Shown in pieces: positions 36,769-47,370 of a stretch of DNA of 64,000 bases. Origin of the DNA: Thermodesulfobacteriota bacterium (GTDB lineage Bacteria > Desulfobacterota > Binatia > Bin18). The stretch spans positions 4,480,001-4,544,000 of the forward strand of contig OZ219926.1 in NCBI GenBank assembly GCA_964291405.2, in the 5' to 3' direction. The translations under genes and the position numbers were made by a program. Positions within the stretch are counted from its first letter, which is position 1, and every line of letters begins with the position of its first letter. Below the pieces are notes generated by a model. It ran no database searches, was not told the origin of the DNA, and saw nothing but the letters and a program-made list of their open reading frames with translations.

Positions 36769-36864
36769 GTGCGATCCTCCGTTCTGCGCTCTAGATTAAA
36801 GGCTCTTTTATCGCGCGAATCCGAATATGTCGAATGGAAATAAAAAGTCGAAGTAAATGGAGTC

Positions 36865-37596
36865 TTACGTCAGCCGCCGCCCCCCGTCCACCGAAAACAC
36901 CGCGCCCGTACTGAAATCGGACTCCGCCACAAAGACAACGAGTTGGGCGACTTCCTCGGGGGTTCCGGCGCGTTTGACCAGAGTCTTTTCGATTTCGCGG
37001 CGCTGGATCTCCTGCGGCGTATCGTCCTGGAAGAGGACTGGCCCCGGAATAACCGCGTTGACCATGACTTCGGGCGCAAGTTCCATGGCCAGCCCCTGAC
37101 TGAAGGCCAGCACGCAGGCTTTTGAGACAGAGTAGGGCACGTAGTCAGCCCACGGGTGCTGTCCTGCGACATCGGCCATGTTGATAATATGGCCCCAGCC
37201 CCACTCCTTCATGCGCAGGCCGATTTTATGCGCGCAATAGAAGGTGCCGTCCAGGTTCACGTCCATAATCTGTTCCCAGTCATCAAACGTGACCGTATCA
37301 ATCGGGGTACGGTAAAAAAGGGCGGCGTTGTTGACTAACACGTCGATGCGCCCGAAATGCCCAAGCGCTTGTTCGATCAGGCGGTCAACATCCGCTTCAC
37401 GGCTGATGTCAGCCTGAAGGGCGAGTGCCTCATGCCCGGCGCTTCGGAGTTCTCGAACGGTTGCTTCCGCTTCGGTCTGAGAGGTGTAGTAGTGGACCAC
37501 CAGCTTGCAGCCCCGTCGGGCAAGCGCAAAGACGATGGCTTTCCCTACACGCTTTGCTCCACCGGTGACGAGGGCGACTTTGCCGCTGAGGTCCAT
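36865..37596 (-). CDS. SDR oxidoreductase, pteridine reductase-like
   Basis: TGGAKRVG, LVNNA, YSVSK. Confidence 0.85.
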   Translation of the reverse strand: MDLSGKVALVTGGAKRVGKAIVFALARRGCKLVVHYYTSQTEAEATVRELRSAGHEALALQADISREADVDRLIEQALGHFGRIDVLVNNAALFYRTPIDTVTFDDWEQIMDVNLDGTFYCAHKIGLRMKEWGWGHIINMADVAGQHPWADYVPYSVSKACVLAFSQGLAMELAPEVMVNAVIPGPVLFQDDTPQEIQRREIEKTLVKRAGTPEEVAQLVVFVAESDFSTGAVFSVDGGRRLT

Positions 37597-37613
37597 AAGA
37601 GAATAATACGGGT

Positions 37614-38348
37614 TTACGTAAACGGCTCAAATTGGGGCTGGAGGATCACTTCAGCCGGACAGGCGCGCGGCGAAGCGGCGGCAATATGGTAGGCTGCCTC
37701 TGCGACGTCATCCGGACTGAGGAGCTTCTCGCGATCCAGCCGCTTATTGTACGGAATGAGCGTAGTGTCAACCGAGCCCGGACAGAGTAACGAGACCTTG
37801 ATGCCGTACCGCCGTACCTCCTCAAATAAGGCTTGCGTAAACCCGCGTACGCCAAACTTACTGGCCGCATAGGCGGCCTCGCCGGCCCGTCCGCTCAAAC
37901 TGGCGGTTGAGCCCAGCATGATGATGGTGCCGCGTCGGCGTTCGATCATGGACGGGAGGACGTGCTTGGTGAGAGACATAGACGCGAACAAATTCACCCG
38001 TAAGACGGATTCCCAGTCGGTGAGGCGCGATTTCACGATGGGCGTGCGCGGCGGCCCGCCACCGGCGTTATTGACAAGGATGTCAATACGCTCGTATCCC
38101 GCGAGCGTTTTCTCGATGAGAGCCGTAACCTGCTCATCCTGCTGTAAGTCGGTCGGAATCGAGAGTGCTTCGCCTCCCTGGTCCTGAATACTGCGCGCTG
38201 TATTTTGAAGCTCCTGTTCAGTCCGGGCGGCCAAAACCGTCTTCGCTCCCGCCTGAGCGAGCCTGAGGGCGATGGCTCTGCCGATGCCGCGGCCCGCACC
38301 GGTAATCAGGGCCACCTGTTCTGACAGAGGGGAGGGATGAGCCGCCAT
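37614..38348 (-). CDS. SDR family oxidoreductase
   Basis: TGAGRGIG, LVNNAG, YAASK. Confidence 0.88.
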   Translation of the reverse strand: MAAHPSPLSEQVALITGAGRGIGRAIALRLAQAGAKTVLAARTEQELQNTARSIQDQGGEALSIPTDLQQDEQVTALIEKTLAGYERIDILVNNAGGGPPRTPIVKSRLTDWESVLRVNLFASMSLTKHVLPSMIERRRGTIIMLGSTASLSGRAGEAAYAASKFGVRGFTQALFEEVRRYGIKVSLLCPGSVDTTLIPYNKRLDREKLLSPDDVAEAAYHIAAASPRACPAEVILQPQFEPFT

Positions 38349-38431
38349 TTTGTTGCTTTTACCATGACGGAACGGTAGTATCCAATCCGCTTTTGACCAG
38401 GTGAAGAAAGACATACAACGAGGGAGGAGCT

Positions 38432-39208
38432 ATGGCGTACGAATATGCAATCTATGAAAAGGAAGGCCATGTTGCCACCATCACCATGAATCGCCCGGAG
38501 CGGCTGAATGCCGTGCATCCACCGGCTGCCGAGGAATTATCGGCAATCTGGGATGACGCGCTCGCCGATGACAACACCTGGGTGATTGTCCTGACTGGCG
38601 CTGGAGACAAAGCGTTTTCGGCCGGGAATGATCTCAAATACACGGCCGAGCACGGCTTCCCGAAAAAGCGAGCCAAGGGCGGCTTCGGGGGCTTAACCGA
38701 CCGTACCGATATCTGGAAACCAACAATTGCCGCGGTGAACGGTTTTGCCCTGGGTGGCGGATTTGAGATGGCGCTGGCGTGTGACATCATCGTGGCTGCC
38801 GATCACGCGAGACTCGGGCTGCCTGAACCACGCGTCGGCCTGGCGGCTGCCGCCGGGGGGGTTCACCGCTTACCGCGCCAGATGCCGCTCAAGATTGCGC
38901 TCGGCTATATGCTGACCGGCAAGCATATGACCGCCCAGGAAGCGCATCGCTGGGGTATTGTGAATGAAGTCGTCCCACTGGCCGACCTCAAGGCCACGGT
39001 CAAGCGCTGGACGGATGAAATCCAGGAATGTGCCCCCCTGTCGGTCCGGGCGACCAAACAGTGCGCCATGATGGGTGCGGGGCTGACCTTGGACGAAGCC
39101 TTTGCCCAGTCCTACCCGGCGCTCAAGCAGATGATGAACTCCGAAGACGTGGTCGAAGGGCCACGGGCCTTTGCCGAGAAGCGTAAACCCAATTGGAAAG
39201 GGCGATAG
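38432..39208 (+). CDS. Enoyl-CoA hydratase/crotonase family protein
   Basis: NRPERLNA, FSAGNDLK, AVNGFALGGGFE, LPEPRVG, FAEKRKPNWKGR. Confidence 0.92.
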   Translation: MAYEYAIYEKEGHVATITMNRPERLNAVHPPAAEELSAIWDDALADDNTWVIVLTGAGDKAFSAGNDLKYTAEHGFPKKRAKGGFGGLTDRTDIWKPTIAAVNGFALGGGFEMALACDIIVAADHARLGLPEPRVGLAAAAGGVHRLPRQMPLKIALGYMLTGKHMTAQEAHRWGIVNEVVPLADLKATVKRWTDEIQECAPLSVRATKQCAMMGAGLTLDEAFAQSYPALKQMMNSEDVVEGPRAFAEKRKPNWKGR

Positions 39209-39233
39209 AGATCCGGGGTTGGGGCTAGAGTGC

Positions 39234-39689
39234 ATGGCAAAGACCGAGCAATCTTCTTCCCCAATCCCCAACCCCCAACTCCCAGCCCCTCCCTCCCATA
39301 CCCACACCCTGCGTGTCCGCTACGCCGAGACCGACCAGGCGGGGATGGCGCACCATGCCGCCTATCTGCCGTGGTTTGAAGAGGGGCGGGTGGCGTTCCT
39401 GCGCGCGCTGGGTAAACCGTACCGTGAGCTTGAAGCTGAGGGTATTCATTTCCCGGTTCGGGAAGTCCAGTGTCGCTACCGGGCGGTCGCGCTGTTCGAT
39501 GACGTGCTCAGGATGACGACAACAATAGAGGCGGTCGGCGGAGCGAGTATTCGCTTCGGCTATCGGATTGTCCGTGTGGCTGACGATATATTGATCGCAG
39601 AAGGGGCGACGCGGCACGCCTGTGTTGATGACGCGGGCAGGGTGAAACGGTTGCCCCGTGAGTTGCGGGCGGTGTTGAGGGTCGATTGA
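39234..39689 (+). CDS. Acyl-CoA thioesterase (YbgC/4HBT family)
   Basis: RVRYAETDQAGMAHHAAYLPWFEEGR; start uncertain because of heptamer repeats. Confidence 0.85.
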   Translation: MAKTEQSSSPIPNPQLPAPPSHTHTLRVRYAETDQAGMAHHAAYLPWFEEGRVAFLRALGKPYRELEAEGIHFPVREVQCRYRAVALFDDVLRMTTTIEAVGGASIRFGYRIVRVADDILIAEGATRHACVDDAGRVKRLPRELRAVLRVD

Positions 39690-39736
39690 GTGGGTTGGGT
39701 CGATTGGGTTAGTTGGGTCGGTTGTTAAGGCTGCCC

Positions 39737-40288
39737 CTATACCAGGTTCTGCTGCTCCCGGAGCTGTTTCAGATATTTCGTGCGGGCTTGTTTCAGGAAG
39801 TCGTGCGTCTCCGGCCAGCGATAGTCTGCGTAGGTGTACACAAAAGGATGGTAGGCTGCGTGGTGGTAGAGGAGTGTCACCTCGGCATAGATGCCCTGAG
39901 ACAGGTAGAGTCGATGGGCCTGGGCCTTGGTTGATGCCAGGACGAGCTTCGTCGTATCGATATAGCCGGGGTCGAGATTCACGCGGCGCGGCGAAGCCGG
40001 ACCTGGTGGAACGGCAAAGGCGTATTCCAATTTGTTGGCTTCGAGTTTTAACCGAATCAGGTCTTCGGGCATGATGAGTTGCTCAAACGTCACAAAGCGC
40101 CGCAGTAGATGATCGCCCATCTCCGCTCGGTAATAGTCCGTGGTCTCCCAGGGGAAAACCGCGCTTTCCAAATCAATCCGACCATAAGCCGCTTCCAGCC
40201 GCGCAGCCGTCTGGGCGAAGAGGGCAGTATCGGCGGCGAGCAGACCCATCAACAATTTCACGGGCTGGGGGAGGCTCGGCGTGCCCAT
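39737..40288 (-). CDS. DUF4416 family protein
   Basis: TDYYRAEMG, RRVNLDPGY, LVLASTK...HRLYL..GIYAEVTL, YTYADY. Confidence 0.85.
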   Translation of the reverse strand: MGTPSLPQPVKLLMGLLAADTALFAQTAARLEAAYGRIDLESAVFPWETTDYYRAEMGDHLLRRFVTFEQLIMPEDLIRLKLEANKLEYAFAVPPGPASPRRVNLDPGYIDTTKLVLASTKAQAHRLYLSQGIYAEVTLLYHHAAYHPFVYTYADYRWPETHDFLKQARTKYLKQLREQQNLV

Positions 40289-40300
40289 ATGCGGAGGGAC

Positions 40301-41506
40301 CTACGGGGTTGGGGATTTCTTTAGGGCGAGCAGATGGTCATAGACTGCATGGGCGACTGCGTCTTTGGACATCAAAGGGAGTGGTTCTTGCTGACCGGCT
40401 CGGTCCAACAGGGTCACGATGTTGGTATCGCCGGCAAAGCCGGCGCCTTCTTGCGTCACATCGTTGGCCACGATCATATCGAGATTTTTTGAGTGGAGCT
40501 TGCGCTCGGCGTTTTGGAGGACATCTTCCGTTTCTGTGGCAAAGCCGACCAGCAGCCGGTTGCCCTTGTCCTGGCCGAGTCCGGCCAGAATGTCCGGATT
40601 ACGGGCGAGCGGAATAGAAAAGTCGCCGTCTTTTTTCTTGATCTTTTGAGTCGTGGGCTGGGCCGGTCGATAGTCGGCGATAGCCGCGGCTGAGACAACG
40701 ATAGTGGCCCGAGGGTAGTGGGCGAGGACGGCCTGCTGCATTTCGAGTGCGGTGCGTACCGAACACAGCCGTACCCCGAACGGCGCGTCCAACGCGGTTG
40801 GTCCGCTGACCAAGGTGACCTCCGCACCGCGCTGGTGGGCAATGCGGGCCATGGCAAAACCCATTTTCCCGGTCGAGCGATTGGTGATAAAGCGGACCGG
40901 ATCAATGGGCTCACAGTTGGGACCGGCCGTTACGATGACATGCTCGCCCTGCATATCCTTTTTGGTCAGCGTGGCCTCCACGCACTCGACAATCTGTTCG
41001 GGCTCGGCCAAACGGCCCTTGCCTTCGTAGCCACAGGCCAATTCCCCTTCCGCGGGCTCGATAATGTGGTGGCCGAAACGCCGTAAGGTCTTAAGGTTTT
41101 CCTGCGTTGCCGAGTGGGCGTACATATGGACATTCATGGCCGGCGCAAGGACGACCGGAGCCCGCGTGACTAAAAGCAGGGTAGAAAGCAGATCGTCGGC
41201 AATCCCGTGCGCAAGTTTGGCCAGGATATTGGCGGTTGCCGGCGCAATAAGAACAAGGTCGGCCGTATCCGCCAGTCGGATATGGCCGATTTCGGATTCT
41301 TGCGTCAGGTCAAACGTATCGGTTGAAACCGGATTACCGGACAGCGATTGCAGGGTGAGCGGAGTAATGAACTCCTGGGCGTTTTTGGTCATCACCACGC
41401 GCACCGTGGCTCCCGCCTTGACCAGGAGGCGGACGAGCTCTGCCGCCTTATAGGCCGCGATGCCGCCGCTGACGCCAAGAAGGATGTTTTTGTTTTGTAG
41501 TACCAT
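40301..41506 (-). CDS. coaBC: Phosphopantothenoylcysteine decarboxylase/ligase
   Basis: GGIAAYKA, APATAN, APAMN, LACGYEGKGRL, DPVRFITNRSTGKMG, GFATET. Confidence 0.96.
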   Translation of the reverse strand: MVLQNKNILLGVSGGIAAYKAAELVRLLVKAGATVRVVMTKNAQEFITPLTLQSLSGNPVSTDTFDLTQESEIGHIRLADTADLVLIAPATANILAKLAHGIADDLLSTLLLVTRAPVVLAPAMNVHMYAHSATQENLKTLRRFGHHIIEPAEGELACGYEGKGRLAEPEQIVECVEATLTKKDMQGEHVIVTAGPNCEPIDPVRFITNRSTGKMGFAMARIAHQRGAEVTLVSGPTALDAPFGVRLCSVRTALEMQQAVLAHYPRATIVVSAAAIADYRPAQPTTQKIKKKDGDFSIPLARNPDILAGLGQDKGNRLLVGFATETEDVLQNAERKLHSKNLDMIVANDVTQEGAGFAGDTNIVTLLDRAGQQEPLPLMSKDAVAHAVYDHLLALKKSPTP

Positions 41507-41737
41507 GCTGATAGCAGAACCCTCCGCTCCTCCATTTTTTAAACCGTATTTTGCATCATACGGGGGAAAAGAGGCGAGGAGCAAGGTCTTGAGGCTGGAT
41601 CACAGCTCCTCGTACAGTTGGGCCTTTTCGCCCGAATTGGCAAGATATTTACACTCCTTGACGTTTTTCCTGCCTTTGGCATTATGTGAGAAGCCTCAGG
41701 ACGGGTCTGAGGGAATGTTGACCGATTTGAGTGTAAT

Positions 41738-42724
41738 GTGTCTGCCAAAGCCAGCCTCTCGCAACCAGCTTCCTTTTCGCCACAGGACTGCGTCGCCGCC
41801 GAGCTTGAGCAGGTTGAAGAACGGCTGACTGAGCTCCTCCAATCCCGTGAACAACTGCTGAGTGATATCGGGAATTATCTTGTTGGGGCAGGTGGGAAAC
41901 GAGCCCGGCCAACCGTGGCCCTGATGGTGTTTCGCGCCTGTGGCGGCAAAAATGTGAATGACATCGTTGATGTTGCCACCGCCCTGGAACTTATTCATTC
42001 CGCTTCTCTCCTCCATGACGACATTATTGATGAAGCGGAGACCCGGCGCGGGAAAGAGTCGGCCCTGCACCGCTTTGGGCTGGCGGAGACCCTAATAGCC
42101 GGGGATTTTTTATTTGGACGAGCCTTTGCGCTGTGCGGTCGTTTTGAGGAAAAGGTCATTACCTGGGCGACGGATGCCTGTATCAGCCTGACCGAAGGAG
42201 AAGTCTTGCAGGACCGCTTGCGTCACGACCCGAGCGTGACGCGGGACGACTATTTCGAGATCATCGAACGCAAAACCGCCTCGCTGTTTGCCCAGGGAGC
42301 GCGTATGGGGGCTTATCTTGCCGGGGCTTCGCCGAACGTGATCGAAAGCCTGGCAGAGTCCGGCTACTGCCTGGGTATGGCCTTCCAGATTGTTGATGAT
42401 GTGCTTGACGTGGCCGGCGACGGCAACCGGACTGGCAAGCCAACCGGGGCCGACCTCAGAGACGGTAATCCATCTCTGCCGCTTGTTCTGGCACTTGCCC
42501 GTGACTCTGAGGTCAAACGCGTCTTTGAGAAACACTCGCCGAGTCAGCAAGAAATTGACGGCGCACTGGAGCAGGTTCGTCGCTCCGGGGTGCTCGACGA
42601 AGCCACGCGTATGGCCCACGCCTACAGTAAGCAGACCCTGAAGGCGTTAGAAGTGCTGCCGCCGTCGCCATATTACGACGGTCTTGCTTTTTTTGTATCC
42701 CAGCTTGTCAATCGGACTGCCTAG
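41738..42724 (+). CDS. Polyprenyl diphosphate synthase
   Basis: GGKRARP, ELIHSASLLHDDIID, KTASLF, FQIVDDVLD. Confidence 0.92.
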   Translation: MSAKASLSQPASFSPQDCVAAELEQVEERLTELLQSREQLLSDIGNYLVGAGGKRARPTVALMVFRACGGKNVNDIVDVATALELIHSASLLHDDIIDEAETRRGKESALHRFGLAETLIAGDFLFGRAFALCGRFEEKVITWATDACISLTEGEVLQDRLRHDPSVTRDDYFEIIERKTASLFAQGARMGAYLAGASPNVIESLAESGYCLGMAFQIVDDVLDVAGDGNRTGKPTGADLRDGNPSLPLVLALARDSEVKRVFEKHSPSQQEIDGALEQVRRSGVLDEATRMAHAYSKQTLKALEVLPPSPYYDGLAFFVSQLVNRTA

Positions 42725-42742
42725 GCATATCCTCGACAGGTA

Positions 42743-43603
42743 ATGGCCGCTGACTCGCCACACGCACGACTGGCCCAGATTACCCACTCCCTGCATGCGT
42801 ATGCAAAGGAGTTGCAGGCTGGTGGAGTCGAGGGTTTCCCGCCCGCTCCGCCCGTAACGTATCCGTCCTCTTCGACGATATCGGCTGACGAGGACTCTCC
42901 AGGATCAATTGTCAGCAGTCGTACGGCAATGGTGGAACACCGGCCTCAGCAGGCCGCTGACGCTCCCGCACCGTCCACGGATTTTCCGGCCTCACCCCCG
43001 GACGCGGCTGCCCCGACAGCCCCAGCCGGGGAAGCCCCTCTGGCTGGAGTCCAGACGCTCGTAGAACTCCGTGATGAAATAGGCGACTGCCAGCGCTGTC
43101 GTTTGTGCGAAAAACGCAATACCATCGTCTTTGGGGTTGGGAATCCCGATGCGGAGATCATGTTTATTGGTGAAGGACCGGGCTACGAAGAGGATAAGCA
43201 GGGCGAACCCTTTGTTGGACGAGCCGGGCAGTTGCTGACACAGATCATTACCAAAGGCATGCAAATGCAGCGCTCGGACGTCTATATTGCCAATGTCGTC
43301 AAATGCCGTCCGCCTGAGAATCGGAATCCTGAACCTGATGAAATTGCGGCGTGTGAGCCCTTTCTTGCCAAACAGTTGGAGATCATTCGGCCCAAAGTTA
43401 TTATTGCCTTGGGAAAATTTGCCGCCCAGACGCTGCTGAAGGAGACGACCCCCATCACCCGTTTGCGTGGCAAGTGGCAGTCCTATCACGGGATAAAGTT
43501 GATGCCGACCTTGCATCCGGCCTACTTACTGCGTAACCCGAAAGATAAGCGTTTGGTGTGGGAAGATATTAAAGCGGTACTCCGAGAAATAGGACGTCTC
43601 TAG
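42743..43603 (+). CDS. Uracil-DNA glycosylase, family 4 ([4Fe-4S])
   Basis: CQRCRL, GEGPG, PFVGRAG, KCRPPENR, HPAYLLR; Pro/Ala-rich N-terminal linker. Confidence 0.93.
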   Translation: MAADSPHARLAQITHSLHAYAKELQAGGVEGFPPAPPVTYPSSSTISADEDSPGSIVSSRTAMVEHRPQQAADAPAPSTDFPASPPDAAAPTAPAGEAPLAGVQTLVELRDEIGDCQRCRLCEKRNTIVFGVGNPDAEIMFIGEGPGYEEDKQGEPFVGRAGQLLTQIITKGMQMQRSDVYIANVVKCRPPENRNPEPDEIAACEPFLAKQLEIIRPKVIIALGKFAAQTLLKETTPITRLRGKWQSYHGIKLMPTLHPAYLLRNPKDKRLVWEDIKAVLREIGRL

Positions 43604-43604
43604 C

Positions 43605-44948
43605 GTGCGAAAGCGTTGCCGTACAGTTCGACCCGTCGGCCTCTTTTCTGCCGTCTGTCTCCTGACGGGCCTAGGTATGCTCATAGGTATTCCCGCCCAA
43701 AGTCAGAATGCCCATATCAACCGGATTATTATCGACGCCTCGATTAATCCGGCGGTGGGTGACTTCATCCACGAGAATATCGATCAGTCGGCCCAAGAGG
43801 GGGCCCTGGCGCTGATTATTCAGCTCGATACCCCAGGTGGCTTACTGAACTCGACCAAGAGCATCGTCAAGGACATGCTGGGCGCCCCTCTGCCCGTTCT
43901 TCTGTACGTATCGCCCAGCGGGGCGGGGGCTGGCTCGGCAGGCGTGTTCATTACGATGGCCGGTCATATTGCGGCCATGGCTCCGGGCACAACCATCGGT
44001 GCGGCACATCCGGTTGCCAGCGGCGGGCAAAATATCGAAGGCGATATGCGGGAAAAGATCGAAAATTTTACGGTCTCATTTATTGAATCGATTGCGCAGC
44101 GCCGGGGCCGCAATGTCGAGTGGGCGGAAAAAGCGGTCCGTGAAAGTGTCTCGATCACCGAGGTCGAGGCGCTGGAAAAGAACGTCGTTGATTTTGTTGC
44201 AACGGATGTGCACGATTTGCTGACCCAGGCCAGCGGACGGGCCGTCGAGGTTGGCTCGGAGAAGATCACCCTGGATTTTAGCCCTGCCCAACTGAGTGAG
44301 GGCCGCTTCAATATCGTCACGGTCGAGATGCGGTTGAAGCATAAGGTGCTGAATATCCTGGCCGACCCCAATATCGCCTACCTGCTCATGATGGCCGGCA
44401 TGCTGGGCCTGTATCTTGAATTCTCGAACCCCGGCCTGTTGCTCCCTGGTCTGGCGGGCGGCATTTGTTTGATTCTCGCGCTGACGGCCTTTCAGGTTCT
44501 ACCCATCAATTACACCGGTCTGATCTTAATCGGTCTGGGCATGGCGCTGCTCATAGCGGAGATGTTTCTCCCCAGCTTCGGTATCTTGGGCGTTAGCGGT
44601 ATTGCTGCCTTTGTGTTGGGCTCATTATTCCTGTTCGATACGCCGGACGCCGAGCTTGCGGTTGATCGGGGTATTATTTTTGCCGCCTCGCTTGCCATGG
44701 GGACCTTCATGTTTATTGTCGGTTCACTCGCCGTGCGGGCGTGGCGCCGCCCGGTCGCGTCAGGAATGGAGGGGCTCCAGGGAGAAATCGGTGAAGTGCG
44801 CACCCCGCTTACCCCACAGGGAAAAGTCTGGGTGCACGGCGAGTATTGGACGGCTCAGAGTGACGAAGAGATTGAAGTCGGTCAAAAGGTCCAAATCGTC
44901 GAGATTGACCATATGATCCTGCGGGTACGCCGCGCAGCGAATTTGTGA
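43605..44948 (+). CDS. nfeD: NfeD membrane-bound serine protease (long form)
   Basis: LDTPGG, AGSAG, IGAAHPV, C-terminal G.V.VHGEYWTA OB fold. Confidence 0.9.
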   Translation: MRKRCRTVRPVGLFSAVCLLTGLGMLIGIPAQSQNAHINRIIIDASINPAVGDFIHENIDQSAQEGALALIIQLDTPGGLLNSTKSIVKDMLGAPLPVLLYVSPSGAGAGSAGVFITMAGHIAAMAPGTTIGAAHPVASGGQNIEGDMREKIENFTVSFIESIAQRRGRNVEWAEKAVRESVSITEVEALEKNVVDFVATDVHDLLTQASGRAVEVGSEKITLDFSPAQLSEGRFNIVTVEMRLKHKVLNILADPNIAYLLMMAGMLGLYLEFSNPGLLLPGLAGGICLILALTAFQVLPINYTGLILIGLGMALLIAEMFLPSFGILGVSGIAAFVLGSLFLFDTPDAELAVDRGIIFAASLAMGTFMFIVGSLAVRAWRRPVASGMEGLQGEIGEVRTPLTPQGKVWVHGEYWTAQSDEEIEVGQKVQIVEIDHMILRVRRAANL

Positions 44949-44966
44949 TGAAGAGGGGGATACTCC

Positions 44967-45773
44967 ATGTTTGATTTTGGTCCGGCAGCAACATTTCTGA
45001 TTATCGGTCTGGTACTCCTGGCGAGCGGCATCAAGATTCTGCCCGAATATGAGCGAGGGGTTATTTTTCGACTCGGCCGTCTGGTGAAGCACCGCGGGCC
45101 GGGATTGATCTATGTCATCCCGTTGATTGAGCGCATGGTCCGGTTGGATATGCGGACGATTACCCTGGACATTCCTCCACAAGACGTGATCACCAAGGAC
45201 AACGTCTCGATCAAGGTCAATGCGGTCCTCTATTTTCGTGTCCTGGAGCCCAATAAGGCAACAATCGAGATCGAGAATTATCTGTTTGCCACCTCGCAAC
45301 TCTCCCAAACGACGCTGCGGAGTGTCTGCGGCCAGGCCGAACTGGACGAACTGCTCTCCGAGCGGGATAAGATCAATGCCCATCTGCAAGAGATCGTTGA
45401 CACCCAGACGGACCCGTGGGGGATTAAGGTCTCACTGGTTGAGGTGAAACATATTGACCTGCCTCAGGAGATGCAGCGGGCGCTGGCAAAACAGGCCGAG
45501 GCCGAGCGGGAACGCCGGGCCAAGGTGATTAATGCCGAGGGCGAATTCCAGGCGGCCCAGCGGCTGGCTGATGCCTCCAGTATTATCGAACAACACCCGG
45601 TCGCCCTCCAACTGCGCTATCTCCAAACGCTTTCTGAAGTCGCAACGGAGAATAACTCAACCACCCTCTTTCCGGTGCCAATTGATCTCTTACAGCCCTT
45701 TCTACGTGGGATGGGCGGACCCGCATCAACGGAGAGTGCGCCAGATAGCTCGCCAGACAGCTCAACAACGTAA
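44967..45773 (+). CDS. SPFH/stomatin-like (slipin) protein
   Basis: [43 protein letters not shown]. Confidence 0.93.
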   Translation: MFDFGPAATFLIIGLVLLASGIKILPEYERGVIFRLGRLVKHRGPGLIYVIPLIERMVRLDMRTITLDIPPQDVITKDNVSIKVNAVLYFRVLEPNKATIEIENYLFATSQLSQTTLRSVCGQAELDELLSERDKINAHLQEIVDTQTDPWGIKVSLVEVKHIDLPQEMQRALAKQAEAERERRAKVINAEGEFQAAQRLADASSIIEQHPVALQLRYLQTLSEVATENNSTTLFPVPIDLLQPFLRGMGGPASTESAPDSSPDSSTT

Positions 45774-45801
45774 GCGAGCCTTGAGTTGATTAACTTAGAA
45801 T

Positions 45802-45837
45802 ATATGTCTCCTCTCCCCGGAGGGAGAGGAGATATGT
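45802..45837. terminator. Strong hairpin (terminator or REP-like)
   Basis: atatgtctcctctccc-cgga-gggagaggagatatgt. Confidence 0.5.
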
Positions 45838-45849
45838 CAGCCCTCCTGA

Positions 45850-46887
45850 ATGGACCTTTCTGATTTCGACTACGACCTGCCGGCCGAGTTGATCGCTCAA
45901 GAGCCGGCGAAACAACGCGACCAGTCCCGTCTTCTATGTGTGGGGCGAGGCGACGCTTCCCTCTCGCATCATCGGTTTGCGGACCTGCTCGGTCTGTTGC
46001 CCAAAGACTGCGTACTGGTCTTGAACAATACCAGGGTTATCCCGGCTCGGTTACGCGGGAAGAAGACGACGGGCGGAAAAGTCGAACTCCTTCTGGTTCG
46101 ACGCACCGCTGCTGAGGAAGAAGTCTGGCAGGTCCTGTGTAAAGGCGGCCAGAATCAGAAAGTCGGTGGACGCATTAATTTCGCGGATAATTTTTGGGGA
46201 AAGTGGGTGGAAGCCCCGAGGGCAGGGCAGGGTCATATCCGATTTTTCCCGGAAAAGAATTTTCAACGACTTGTCGAACAGCACGGAGAGGTCCCGCTGC
46301 CGCCGTATATCAGGCGCTCGCCGGGCCGGCACGCAGCCGACCGGGAGCGCTACCAAACGGTGTATGCCCAGCAACCCGGTGCGGTTGCCGCTCCGACTGC
46401 CGGGCTGCATTTTACGCCGGCATTGCTCGACAAGCTGGTCCAGAGTGGCATTCATCTGTGCTTTGTGACCCTGCACGTTGGTCTGGGTACGTTTCAGCCT
46501 ATCCGGGTAGAGCAGGTTGAGACGCATACGATGGGAGCCGAATCGTATGAAATCGATGTGGCAACCGCAGAATGCATCAACGCGGCCAAAGCGTCCGGGA
46601 GAAAAATCATTGCCGTTGGGACAACCACCACACGAGCGCTCGAATCGTCAGCCCAACAGACGGGCCACGTCCAGCCCGGACCGAATCAGTCCAAGTTGTT
46701 CATCTATCCCGGCTATGAATTTCAGGTGATAGACGGCTTGATCACCAATTTCCATCTGCCCCGTTCAACCCTGTTGCTGCTCGTATCAGCCTTTACCGGA
46801 CGAGATCGCATACTGCACGCCTACGCGGAAGCGGTAAAGCAGCGCTACCGGTTTTACAGTTATGGAGATGCAATGTTGATTGTGTGA
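45850..46887 (+). CDS. queA: S-adenosylmethionine:tRNA ribosyltransferase-isomerase
   Basis: DFDYDLP.ELIAQ, PLPPYI, AAPTAGLHF, TNFHLPRSTL, FYSYGDAM. Confidence 0.97.
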   Translation: MDLSDFDYDLPAELIAQEPAKQRDQSRLLCVGRGDASLSHHRFADLLGLLPKDCVLVLNNTRVIPARLRGKKTTGGKVELLLVRRTAAEEEVWQVLCKGGQNQKVGGRINFADNFWGKWVEAPRAGQGHIRFFPEKNFQRLVEQHGEVPLPPYIRRSPGRHAADRERYQTVYAQQPGAVAAPTAGLHFTPALLDKLVQSGIHLCFVTLHVGLGTFQPIRVEQVETHTMGAESYEIDVATAECINAAKASGRKIIAVGTTTTRALESSAQQTGHVQPGPNQSKLFIYPGYEFQVIDGLITNFHLPRSTLLLLVSAFTGRDRILHAYAEAVKQRYRFYSYGDAMLIV

Positions 46888-46929
46888 GAGAGGGTTGGCT
46901 TGGAGTTGTTCCCCCGTAACGAGGCCGAG

Positions 46930-47351
46930 CTATGCTGCTATCCGTTCCGTAGGTATCGGAACGTTGACGTAGGCAAAGACCAGTTCCTGAAATTCGGAAT
47001 TCTCCAGATGGTGCTCCACTGATTGACGTTCGGGGACCGCTTGGCCAGCTTCCCGATACGCTTCCACATTAACCCGGATCGCTTCACTAGAGCAGTTTCC
47101 TCCGTGGTGTAGCGAGGTGCTCTCCAGAGTTCCGTAGGGTGCATCCCATGCACCACCTTGCCCCGGTGCGCAGGGCGCACCCTACGGATCGGGAAACGCG
47201 CGGAGGCCGTTGGACGCTACACTAATGTGAATTTTGCGCTAACCGCTTGCTTTGCCGCTTCGATCGTTTCTCCGTATGTCACGATTGCTAAATCGGGCAC
47301 TTGTACGGCAAACCCTACGTCCGTTTGTTCCAGCATAATGAGGTATCGCGT
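46930..47351 (-). pseudogene. hicB: HicB-family antitoxin interrupted by MITE copy 2
   Basis: Removing 47090-47241 joins RYLIMLEQTDVGFAVQVPDLAIVTYGETIEAAKQAV to SEAIRVNVEAYREAGQAVPERQSVEHHLENSEFQELVFAYVNV...* in frame; presumed start reads ACG. Confidence 0.75.
47090..47239. mobile_element. 150-bp MITE-like element, copy 2
   Basis: Inverted near-identical copy of 22132-22281; TA duplicated at 47088-89 and 47240-41 inside hicB. Confidence 0.85.
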
Positions 47352-47370
47352 AACGGAACCTGTAGTCTGA

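Noticed and set aside
22130-47241. Composite transposon or invertible segment bounded by the two inverted MITE copies
   Set aside because: Copy 2 has both halves of hicB directly on its flanks, showing an independent insertion; the interval contains core genes such as coaBC and queA.
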